From the IMG/VR virus record IMGVR_UViG_3300033067_001749, positions 1 through 37,283 of that record: a DNA stretch of 37,283 bases; one strand, 5' to 3'. The translations under genes and the position numbers were made by a program. A model generated the notes under the pieces. It saw nothing but the letters and a program-made list of their open reading frames with translations. It was not told where the DNA came from and made no database searches. The stretch is from a virus. Taxonomy: Duplodnaviria; Caudoviricetes. Positions 1 to 8,236 of the stretch are shown piece by piece (within the stretch, counting starts at the first letter, position 1; every line of letters begins with the position of its first letter).

Positions 1-153
1 ATAATGCATCTGTTTCATACGTCGGAGAAATACAGACTTACAGCGTCGCATCGGCATCTGCTGTTTCTTTAACTACCAACGTGTATGCTAACGTACTGTC
101 AATGTCGATCAACGCAGGTGACTGGGACTTCACGGGAGTTGTCATTGCAAAAG
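1..153. repeat. Terminal direct repeat, left copy (matches 37131-37283)
   Basis: 148/153 identical by eye; mismatches at 53, 62, 69, 71, 77. Confidence 0.97.
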
Positions 154-401
154 CTGCGGCGATAACCGGAACATATTTCGAAGCATCTTGGGGAACTACA
201 TCTGCAACGCCGACCGGCTCCGAGTTTGATCAAACGTTTACCCCGACAATGCCGACGGCAGCTTGTCAACAGTCGTTAACCCTTCCGATGTATCGCCTGA
301 GTGTCGCAGGGTCAACGAACCTTTACGTGGTAGTCAAAATGATATTCTCGGCTGGTTCGCCAAGCGTTTATTGTGGCGTGAGAGCTAGGAGGCGTAGATA
401 A
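1..401 (+). CDS. 3' part of a 162-aa virion fibre/structural protein that starts at 37043 and crosses the junction
   Basis: Frame continuous with ATG 37043 (MSYFPVPDYSPG...GDNASVSYVGEIQ...SINAGDWDFTG...VRARRRR); the 81..401 call is N-truncated; stop overlaps the next ATG (TAATG). Confidence 0.8.
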   Translation, partial: NASVSYVGEIQTYSVASASAVSLTTNVYANVLSMSINAGDWDFTGVVIAKAAAITGTYFEASWGTTSATPTGSEFDQTFTPTMPTAACQQSLTLPMYRLSVAGSTNLYVVVKMIFSAGSPSVYCGVRARRRR

Positions 402-694
402 TGATAAAATTCACGTTCAGAATTGAAAAAGACGGACAAATTGTTGACAGTGTTTCAGCAGAATATGCTGACAATGTCTTAGACATGATACAGGGAGCTT
501 GCGAGAGCCTAGGATTACTTGATGCTTCGGACGCTCCTGTAACTGGACCTAGATCAATTTCGTACGCAACGCGACTTTATCTAACACAGATAGCCGCAAA
601 CTATGGAAGCAGACTTGTATCTACAAATGCAATTTCGCAGTTTAACGAGCAATTTAAAAACGCTGTTAGTAATCCAGTGATCACGGAAGGTTGA
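401..694 (+). CDS. Hypothetical protein, possible fibre assembly helper
   Basis: 97-aa ORF coupled by TAATG to the upstream fibre gene; function from position only. Confidence 0.7.
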   Translation: MIKFTFRIEKDGQIVDSVSAEYADNVLDMIQGACESLGLLDASDAPVTGPRSISYATRLYLTQIAANYGSRLVSTNAISQFNEQFKNAVSNPVITEG

Positions 695-695
695 A

Positions 696-839
696 ATGAA
701 TAAAGAAGATGCACTAAAAATTATTTCGGATGCCTGCGCTGAGTTTAAGGGTAACTTAAAAGATCATCAAATAATTCAAAAAGCACTGAAATTACTAAAT
801 GATTTGGTCAATAAACCAGAACAGGAAAAATCAGAATGA
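696..839 (+). CDS. Small hypothetical protein, 47 aa (MNKEDALKIISDACAEFKGNLKDHQIIQKALK...)
   Basis: Read by hand, below the ORF-track cutoff; fills the gap, GGAAGG upstream, ATGA overlap with 836. Confidence 0.7.
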   Translation: MNKEDALKIISDACAEFKGNLKDHQIIQKALKLLNDLVNKPEQEKSE

Positions 840-1651
840 ATACAGAACAGCGCGTCTTATATCAATCGACAGAGATATCGCAGGAAGTAAACGATTTCCG
901 CGCAGGCACGGCTGCTTTTTCATACACGGCAGGCGAGTATCTTTATGTCGGTTCGATACTTCCGTTCAATAATTTGTATTTCGAGATGGGCACAGTCAAC
1001 GCAGTCACAACGGTTCCATCGGTCGACATTTGGTGGGGGCACACGTGGCGGGCTGCTGTTGATGTAATCGACGAGACAAACGGATTGAAAAAAAACGGAA
1101 GGATGCAATGGCGTCCGGAGCTTGCTACTGGCTGGGACATGGAACAATACAGCTCGAACGTCACGGGACTTCCGAACACCAGTAGAATTTATAATTTGTT
1201 TTGGGCTAGACTTTCATGGTCAAACACGATGACCTCAGGAACGACGATCAAATACATCGGCCAAAAATTCTCAAGTGATTCTATTCTCTATAGTTTTTAT
1301 CCAGATTTTAATAATTCTACAATTAAAACGTCGTTTGCATCTGGTAAAACCACGTGGGACGAACAACATTACATGGCTGCCGAGCATATCATCCGCGATT
1401 TGAAAAAAAGAAATATTGTCAAATCTCGCAGTCAAATTTTGGACACTGATTTGCTCGTCGATGCATCCTGTCACAAAGTAGCAGAAATCGTGTATACTGC
1501 TATGGGACTCCCATACTTTGATCATTTGAAGCAAGCCAAAGAGCACTACTCTGAGGCTATCAATTTGAGATTTTTTAACACTGACCTTAACCACGACTCC
1601 GAATTGAGTATGCGAGAGCGATATCAATCTACAACGTTTTCCACTAGGTAA
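836..1651 (+). CDS. Putative head-tail adaptor / head completion protein with N-terminal beta-rich domain
   Basis: Position between head and tail genes; helical C-terminal half (AAEHIIRDLKKR...ASCHKVAEIVY...KEHYSEAI) typical of adaptors. Confidence 0.55.
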   Translation: MNTEQRVLYQSTEISQEVNDFRAGTAAFSYTAGEYLYVGSILPFNNLYFEMGTVNAVTTVPSVDIWWGHTWRAAVDVIDETNGLKKNGRMQWRPELATGWDMEQYSSNVTGLPNTSRIYNLFWARLSWSNTMTSGTTIKYIGQKFSSDSILYSFYPDFNNSTIKTSFASGKTTWDEQHYMAAEHIIRDLKKRNIVKSRSQILDTDLLVDASCHKVAEIVYTAMGLPYFDHLKQAKEHYSEAINLRFFNTDLNHDSELSMRERYQSTTFSTR

Positions 1652-1655
1652 CTAA

Positions 1656-2105
1656 ATGAGCATCGCAACGGTATATGCAAAAATTACAGACTTAATTGAG
1701 GCGACGCTTCCCAATCACAAGCGTTTGCCGAATCCTTACGATATCGGTTCGAACACGTTTCTACACATGATCGATCAAGCGTTTGGTCTTGCCGTTGATC
1801 CTGGTACTAACACCGAAAGATACCAGGGATGCTTAGCTAGCTGGGAACAAACATACAGCATTGTCCTCATTCGTAGAGTCGTGACAACTGAAAATAATAC
1901 CGACGCAAGAGAAACAATAGAGCTCAACCTGTTATCGGATTGGGAGTTGCTGTGGAAAGCTTTCGAAAACAACAACTCGCTGGATGGCAATGTAATCAAA
2001 GCAACGGTATTGGGTAATGGCGGCATCAATTTTTTCGATATTAAAAACCAGAAATTTTTATCAATGTTTGTAAATTTATCCGTGGAACATCAAGACACTT
2101 TTTAA
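1656..2105 (+). CDS. Putative tail terminator / tail completion protein
   Basis: 149 aa, immediately upstream of the tail tube gene; alpha/beta pattern ending in a beta strand. Confidence 0.55.
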   Translation: MSIATVYAKITDLIEATLPNHKRLPNPYDIGSNTFLHMIDQAFGLAVDPGTNTERYQGCLASWEQTYSIVLIRRVVTTENNTDARETIELNLLSDWELLWKAFENNNSLDGNVIKATVLGNGGINFFDIKNQKFLSMFVNLSVEHQDTF

Positions 2106-2117
2106 AGGAGTAAATCA

Positions 2118-3635
2118 ATGACATCGATTTCAACACGTTCAAGCGTTCTCGCTATCAAAAAAGAGACCACGGAAAATACTCCTGTTTTCCCGACATCGGC
2201 AACCGATTACATCGCGTTGCAGCCAGACTTTTCAATGGACTCAGTATTTGAAAATCTGACAAACGACGAATTGAAAGCATCTATCGGTAAATCGGCTCCA
2301 ATCATTGGCGCAGAAGCTCCCACAGCGTCTGTAAGCGCATATCTTCGTGCAAGCGGAACCGTAGCGACAGCTCCAAACTACGGTCTTCTTTTGGAAGCGA
2401 GCCTTGGTGCGGTGACGACAGCGTCGACAGAATACGACACGGTTTCATCTTCCACGACATCGGTCATCAAAGTTAACACGGGAGAAGGCGCTACATTCCA
2501 AAGAGGCGAGGCTCTGTTAATTAAGGACGGAACCAATGGTTACCGTATTCGCTGCATCGATTCGATCTCAAGCGACGATCTCACGATCGGTTTCCAAGTA
2601 CCATCAGCTCCCGCATCTGGTGTTAACCTTGGGAAGGCGGTTCTTTACTATCCTGCAAACACAGGTCACCCTACCATCACACTAACAAACTACGTTGGTA
2701 ATGGTGGCGTGGTTCAGATGATGTCTGGAGCTCGCGTTACTAGCGCAAGTTTCGACATCGCAGCCGGTCAAATCATCAAAGGCTCTTATAACCTTGAAGG
2801 TCTCAGCTACTACTACAACCCAATCGAGATTACGTCCTCGACTCGTTACCTAGATTTTACAGATGATACAGGAACATTTGCTGCGAGCGTTGCGGTCGGT
2901 TTCTACAAAGATCCATACGACCTTGCCGAAGCATTGACGACAGCAATGAATACGGCAAACCCTGCAAAGACTCACACAGTCACCTACCAAGACACCGACG
3001 GTAAATTTAAAATCGTATGCACAGGTACTGTCTTGACTCTGAAATGGAACACAGGGACAAACACAGCGAACTCTATTGCCACCAAAATCGGCTTTACGAC
3101 TGCCGCAGATAGTAGCGGAACAGCAGCAACCACAGGTTATACATCGACGAACGCTATGACTCTGACGGCTCCGCAAACGCCTTCTTACGACTCCGCAGAT
3201 CCACTTGCTGCGAAAGACAACGAAGTCATGGTTGGCGATACAGCAGACTACGCTTGCTTCAAAGCGAGCACAGTCAAGCTTGATATCGCGACACCTAAGG
3301 CTGACATCCTTTCAGTTTGCGAGGTATCTGGTAAATCAGGTTCCATCATCACATCGCGAGAAGTAAAAGTTTCTATCGAGGCTCTACTTGAAAAATACGA
3401 CGTTCAAGATTTCAAGAACTTCCGCGAGGGATCTAACGTAAAATTTCAATACAGCTTCGGCGTTAAGTCTGGCGGCTCTTGGGTTGCTGGAAAATGCGGG
3501 GCGCTGTATTGTCCAACTATGAAAGTAAGTTCGTTTAAATTGACCGACAAAGATGGTCTCGCAAACGTCACCATGGAATTGACTGGATACGTCAACTCCT
3601 CAGGTGAAGGCGAGTGTTTCGTAAACTTCCTATAA
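2118..3635 (+). CDS. Major tail tube protein with inserted accessory domains
   Basis: Strong RBS AAGGAG; N-terminal LAIKKETT..TP and LLLEASLG, C-terminal ITSREVKVSI...DKDGLANVTMELTG tube-like motifs; followed by chaperones and tape measure. Confidence 0.8.
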   Translation: MTSISTRSSVLAIKKETTENTPVFPTSATDYIALQPDFSMDSVFENLTNDELKASIGKSAPIIGAEAPTASVSAYLRASGTVATAPNYGLLLEASLGAVTTASTEYDTVSSSTTSVIKVNTGEGATFQRGEALLIKDGTNGYRIRCIDSISSDDLTIGFQVPSAPASGVNLGKAVLYYPANTGHPTITLTNYVGNGGVVQMMSGARVTSASFDIAAGQIIKGSYNLEGLSYYYNPIEITSSTRYLDFTDDTGTFAASVAVGFYKDPYDLAEALTTAMNTANPAKTHTVTYQDTDGKFKIVCTGTVLTLKWNTGTNTANSIATKIGFTTAADSSGTAATTGYTSTNAMTLTAPQTPSYDSADPLAAKDNEVMVGDTADYACFKASTVKLDIATPKADILSVCEVSGKSGSIITSREVKVSIEALLEKYDVQDFKNFREGSNVKFQYSFGVKSGGSWVAGKCGALYCPTMKVSSFKLTDKDGLANVTMELTGYVNSSGEGECFVNFL

Positions 3636-3645
3636 AAGGTGAATA

Positions 3646-3996
3646 ATGAAAACGTTTAAGTTTGTTCCGTCGATTTGCAAAGGTGAAGATGCTCTTTGGG
3701 AAGGATCGATCACATTAAGATCGGTCACTTTTAAAGAAAAGCACGAATATTATGAAATGCTCAGCGTGGAAGATGACGGCGAGGTCAAAACAAAGAGCGT
3801 TAGTAATAGCGTCAAGCAAAATTTGCAGTTAGTTGAAATGTCTGAAAAACATTACATCGCTGTAGAGCTTAAGCGAAAAGACGGGACAGCCGAAGCTAAG
3901 AGTTTCCAGGATATGTGTGAAGACGACGAGCTCCATGAAGCATTGATGGAAGTCGCGACACGAATTATCTCGGGCTCAAAAGTGGGAAACGGCTAA
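3646..3996 (+). CDS. Tail assembly chaperone (lambda gpG-like)
   Basis: Between tube and tape measure; ends with slippery heptamer G GGA AAC just before the stop. Confidence 0.8.
   Translation: MKTFKFVPSICKGEDALWEGSITLRSVTFKEKHEYYEMLSVEDDGEVKTKSVSNSVKQNLQLVEMSEKHYIAVELKRKDGTAEAKSFQDMCEDDELHEALMEVATRIISGSKVGNG
3984..3990 (+). other. Programmed -1 ribosomal frameshift site G_GGA_AAC
   Basis: X XXY YYZ heptamer in the correct phase; the -1 frame (CGG CTA AGG GCC GAC CTC GAA TTG) is open into 4011..4226. Confidence 0.85.
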
Positions 3997-4226
3997 GGGC
4001 CGACCTCGAATTGCAAGCGAGATCCTCATACAACGGGAGCTCGTTTGTGGGCGAGGCGGTCCATATATTCGCCGAGTATGTGCAGCGTAAACGTTTGGCT
4101 AAACTAGGTTATACGTCGAATATTGACGATCTAGAATCCTGGAAAGCGGAAGCGTTCATTATTATAGATACCGAACTAGATGCTTGCCAAAATCGCGAAA
4201 TGAAAAAGGCGGCTAAACGTGGCTAA
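3990..4226 (+). CDS. Frameshift extension of the tail chaperone (gpGT-like C-terminal part)
   Basis: -1 frame continuation; 4011 TTG has no convincing RBS; overlaps the tape measure start. Confidence 0.75.
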   Translation, partial: RLRADLELQARSSYNGSSFVGEAVHIFAEYVQRKRLAKLGYTSNIDDLESWKAEAFIIIDTELDACQNREMKKAAKRG

Positions 4227-6729
4227 CGAAAATAAAGTTGCGATAGAAATTACGGTCGATGCCAAGGATGCACAGGCGGCGATTGAGCTCTTTGGTCAGA
4301 ATGCCGTAAAGTCAGTTAAAAAAGCTGAAGATTCTACAAGAAAATTTGGCGAGTCGTTCAAAGAATCTCTGGCTCCGATAGCAGAATTGGCTGCTCAAAT
4401 TGGATTAGCTGTCGGTGCTTATGAGCTTCTGAGCAAATCGATCGAAGGCGCTACCAAAGATCAAAAATTGTTTTTGCAAATTGGCGATGCTTTAAGCATA
4501 ACCGGCGAAAACACCGATGCGGCGACAAAAAAGATAGTTGAGTTCGCAGATGAATTAAAACGAACAACTGGTGTCAGCGATGATCTAGCCAAGCAAATTT
4601 TCATTGATGGCAAAGCATTTGGCATAACAACCGAAGAGGCTAAGAAATTAACCAAGGCAGCTATCGACTATGCCGCTGCTACAGGTATTGATGTCGAGAC
4701 AGCGACTAGAAGGCTTGGTCAAACTCTTGACGGTCAAATCGGTAGAATCGGGAAGCTCGGGGATGAATTTAGAAACTTAACCGAAGATCAACTCAAGAAT
4801 GGCGAGGCAATTGATCTTATTGCTAACCGATATAAAGGCGCTGCAGTCAATCAATTTGATACATTTGAGGGCGCTACTAACAGTCTAAAGAATGCTGTTG
4901 AGGACTTACTGAAATCATTTGGTAAGGTTGTAATTCAATCACAAGTAGTTTCAGACTCTATCAAAGGAGTTGCCGAAGCTACGAATTCGGTAGCTGAATC
5001 AGTGGATAGTGCTGGTAAGAAAACTAATTTATTGGACGATCTTTTCCAAGCGTTCGCAGCTACTGGAGGTGGGCTTGCTCAAAATTCTGTAGAAGTTTCT
5101 TTGGCTCTAGAAGATCAAAGAAAAAATATGGAAAATCTTATAGCTACCGGTCTATCACTTGAGAACAGTAGCAAAAAGGTCTCCGATGGATTCGCAGGTA
5201 TTGTTGAGCTTGCCGATGGTCTAAAGCAAAGTACGAACGAGGCTAAAAACTTTGAAGATCGGATTAAATCTTTAAGTGCCAATATTGTCGTAAGTACCGA
5301 ACTCACAGGAAAACGTCTTGAAAAGTTTCTTGAAGATAGAAGAAAAGCCCAAGAGGAACTTTCAAAATTTCTCACACAATTATCAATCGAAACTGCCGAT
5401 GAAATTGAAAAAGTAAGAATCAAAGCCGAATTAGATATAAAAAAGCTGGATGATTTAGCTGTTAAGTCTGGTCAAGAGGGGTCAAAAAAGATAGCGGATG
5501 CCAAGCTTGCAATTACAACAAAGCTCATAAAAGATATCGAGAAGATCAATCAAGACGCTGACGATAGAGAACAAGAACGAATCAAGAAACAAAACGACGA
5601 ACTAAACCACCTTCTTGATCTTAGGAAAGAACGTTTACAAAAAGAACGTGATGATGTTCAAAAATCGGCATCCGACCCTTTTAGCGCATTAGCAAATGGT
5701 GTAAATACAAGCAGTGGTGGGCAGTTAGCTGGGGTTGCAGTTGGCATCACTTCCTCTATATTGCAAGGAGCACAAGGCGCTACTAAGGCGGTAGCCCAGA
5801 CTTTAGGGGCGCTTGCAGATTCTATTATTCCTGGTATCGGAGGAGCAGTTGCTGGACTTGCGGAGCTACTAGCGCGTGGTCCAGAAGCGACAAAACAATC
5901 TATACGTGAATTTGTCAAAGCGGTTCCAGATGTTATCATCGCAATTGCTGAGAGTATTCCTGTAGTTGTCGAAGTCTTTGTTGATAGTATGATAAATCGT
6001 GGCGGGGCAGTTAGAATCGGCGTAGCAATCGCAAAAGCGATGTTGTTTGTTCCAGTGTGGGAGCGCATAGGCCAGGAGATATCAAACGGATTTAAGCAGC
6101 TTGATTTCACAGGAGCTCGCGATGCGATAATTGAAGGCCTTTCAACTTTTAGAGAGGCGGCTCTTCAATTTGCCAACACTATAGGGGAGAGCCTCAGGAA
6201 TTTCTTTAGCGGATTATTTCAACCGCTTGAAGATGCCATACGTCCATTAACCAATGCCGTCAACGGACTGTTACAACCGATTGCCGACTTAATAGCGGCT
6301 CTTAAAGGTGGTAAAGGCGGAGGCTCTGGTCTCATAAACGAGGCACTCGGAGGAAAAGGCGGAGGCTCAGGAGTTATCGCGGAAACGTTTGGAAGGATTG
6401 GAAACGGTAATGGTGGTCTAAAGTTTTCAAAAGGTGGAGTCGTTCCAAAATATGCCGCTATGGGATTTCAACCAAAGGGCGTTGACGTAGTTCCAGCGAT
6501 GGTGCAACCAGGAGAATTGATCGTCAGTAAGGACACAAACACTCAACTCGCCGATTTTCTGTCCAAGAATAGTGGTGGAAGCGACCAGGCGACACTAGCA
6601 ATGCTTGCTCAAATTTTGGCTACTGTGTCACAACCGGTGGTCGTAAAAACCGAAGCCAAAGTGAACCAAAGTGCCTTTGCTGATATCATTGTGCAACTGA
6701 ATAGACAAAATGCGAGGTTATCGGCATGA
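4219..6729 (+). CDS. Tape measure protein
   Basis: 836 aa, Ala/Gly-rich helical and coiled-coil; C-terminal FSKGGVVP...DVVPAMVQPGELIV motif common in TMP ends; canonical position. Confidence 0.92.
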   Translation: MANENKVAIEITVDAKDAQAAIELFGQNAVKSVKKAEDSTRKFGESFKESLAPIAELAAQIGLAVGAYELLSKSIEGATKDQKLFLQIGDALSITGENTDAATKKIVEFADELKRTTGVSDDLAKQIFIDGKAFGITTEEAKKLTKAAIDYAAATGIDVETATRRLGQTLDGQIGRIGKLGDEFRNLTEDQLKNGEAIDLIANRYKGAAVNQFDTFEGATNSLKNAVEDLLKSFGKVVIQSQVVSDSIKGVAEATNSVAESVDSAGKKTNLLDDLFQAFAATGGGLAQNSVEVSLALEDQRKNMENLIATGLSLENSSKKVSDGFAGIVELADGLKQSTNEAKNFEDRIKSLSANIVVSTELTGKRLEKFLEDRRKAQEELSKFLTQLSIETADEIEKVRIKAELDIKKLDDLAVKSGQEGSKKIADAKLAITTKLIKDIEKINQDADDREQERIKKQNDELNHLLDLRKERLQKERDDVQKSASDPFSALANGVNTSSGGQLAGVAVGITSSILQGAQGATKAVAQTLGALADSIIPGIGGAVAGLAELLARGPEATKQSIREFVKAVPDVIIAIAESIPVVVEVFVDSMINRGGAVRIGVAIAKAMLFVPVWERIGQEISNGFKQLDFTGARDAIIEGLSTFREAALQFANTIGESLRNFFSGLFQPLEDAIRPLTNAVNGLLQPIADLIAALKGGKGGGSGLINEALGGKGGGSGVIAETFGRIGNGNGGLKFSKGGVVPKYAAMGFQPKGVDVVPAMVQPGELIVSKDTNTQLADFLSKNSGGSDQATLAMLAQILATVSQPVVVKTEAKVNQSAFADIIVQLNRQNARLSA

Positions 6730-7796
6730 GTAGCCGTGCGAGATTTTGCTATAACAATTGGCTGACTACCGATGGATTCACGGTATCAAGCGCTCAGGCC
6801 AATTATCCTGCTAATAATTTGGTCTCACAGATAAGATCAAAGGTCTGGAAGCCAGATAGTAATTTTGAAATCACAGCCTCAAATAATATGGTTTACGTGG
6901 ATGGAAGTTCTTTTGCAGTACCGGCTGGGGAGTACACGTTTTCTGAACTAGTGACGGCATTTGCGACAGCCAGCGGGGCATTATCTCTCACGCTAGCTAG
7001 GAACGGGTCAGGATTGATCACAATCACCAAAGGTGGATCGGTAACCTATAACCTGAGCACGACAACCGACGCTATCTGGTCGACTCTCGGAATGATTTCA
7101 ACGACCGATGTCACTGGAACGGTCGTAACCGCAGACGAGCGGGCATACCACACAAGCGAATGGATCAAAATTGACATGGGAATGCCTCAACAATGCGACT
7201 TTGCCGCGCTGATTCCGTCGAATGGCGAGGCTTTTACCATTTCGTCAGTCGCTGAGGTCAAACTTCAGGCGAACAATGTGGATATTTGGACCGACCCAGA
7301 CTATGAGGATGACTTTGAGATCGATAATCTCGGGGCCTTCATAGTCCCGGATAGCGTGGGTCCATACCGCTATTGGCGTATCAAGATCATAGACCCAACC
7401 AACAGCGCCATCTCTGCAGCAGTCGCTTATATCGGCGATTCCTATAGCCCTGTTTCAACGAATATATCAACTGGACTACAGAGATCATCCCAAGATAACT
7501 CGGTAACAGTTTATAGTGAGAGCGGAGCTTTGTTCGCGGACACGAGACCAAAGGTTTTAAAAATAACGTCTCTCCAAATACAGTTTTTAAAAGACGACGA
7601 TCTTGACGACCTTGAACAGCTTTTCTATGAGCTTGGTTTAAGCAGTGGATTCTTTCTCTGTATCGATCCGCTAGCCCAGGTTTCTTCTAGTATTTCAAGA
7701 ATGACAAATTACGTGAGACTCGATGGCCCTGCGAACTTTCAACACATCATCAGGGGTTATTATCATACCTCCTTTGAACTAAAGGAGGTCGTATGA
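6726..7796 (+). CDS. Distal tail / tail tip protein with discoidin (F5/8 type C)-like elements
   Basis: ATGA-coupled to TMP; SSAQANYPANNL, EWIKIDMG, YRYWRIKI motifs. Confidence 0.65.
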   Translation: MSSRARFCYNNWLTTDGFTVSSAQANYPANNLVSQIRSKVWKPDSNFEITASNNMVYVDGSSFAVPAGEYTFSELVTAFATASGALSLTLARNGSGLITITKGGSVTYNLSTTTDAIWSTLGMISTTDVTGTVVTADERAYHTSEWIKIDMGMPQQCDFAALIPSNGEAFTISSVAEVKLQANNVDIWTDPDYEDDFEIDNLGAFIVPDSVGPYRYWRIKIIDPTNSAISAAVAYIGDSYSPVSTNISTGLQRSSQDNSVTVYSESGALFADTRPKVLKITSLQIQFLKDDDLDDLEQLFYELGLSSGFFLCIDPLAQVSSSISRMTNYVRLDGPANFQHIIRGYYHTSFELKEVV

Positions 7797-8236
7797 GTAT
7801 TAGACAATACCCCAAATTTCAATATTTTATCTTTGCTGATTCTGCCAATACGAATATTGGTAAATTTAAAAGCGCCACTGGTCTTTTAGGCCTGTTCTGT
7901 TTGCGTGTATTACATAAAAACGCATCAGCTTATAGCTACCAAATGAGGATTGTCTTTTCGGCCACACAAGGCGGCACGGCTCTACATACGACCGATTGGT
8001 TTACGTTTGACAACGCATCGACTGGTCAAGCGACGTCAGTTTGGATGGGAAATCTTTACTTTGACGTCAACCAATATCGTCTAAATAGCGCGGTTTATTT
8101 ACACGCGCGGGTTGAAACTACTGGATATACGCCTGTTGCCGACACGGTTTATCTCGCATACCAATGCGATTGGTATGAGCCAATTGGCAATACTGATTCT
8201 GCCGGAGCTCGCATGACTCTAGGGGTGTATCAATGA
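7793..8236 (+). CDS. Minor tail protein
   Basis: 147 aa, beta-rich, ATGA-coupled on both sides within the tail tip cluster. Confidence 0.6.
   Translation: MSIRQYPKFQYFIFADSANTNIGKFKSATGLLGLFCLRVLHKNASAYSYQMRIVFSATQGGTALHTTDWFTFDNASTGQATSVWMGNLYFDVNQYRLNSAVYLHARVETTGYTPVADTVYLAYQCDWYEPIGNTDSAGARMTLGVYQ

Noticed and set aside
1-153. Physical direct terminal repeats of the virion DNA (T7-like)
   Set aside because: The repeat falls mid-gene, is imperfect, and TerL resembles PBSX-type headful terminases; an assembly overlap is more likely
920-6110. Minus-strand ORFs opposite structural genes (e.g. 1271..1627, 2850..3176, 5658..6110)
   Set aside because: Antisense shadows of well-supported genes, with no RBS or motifs
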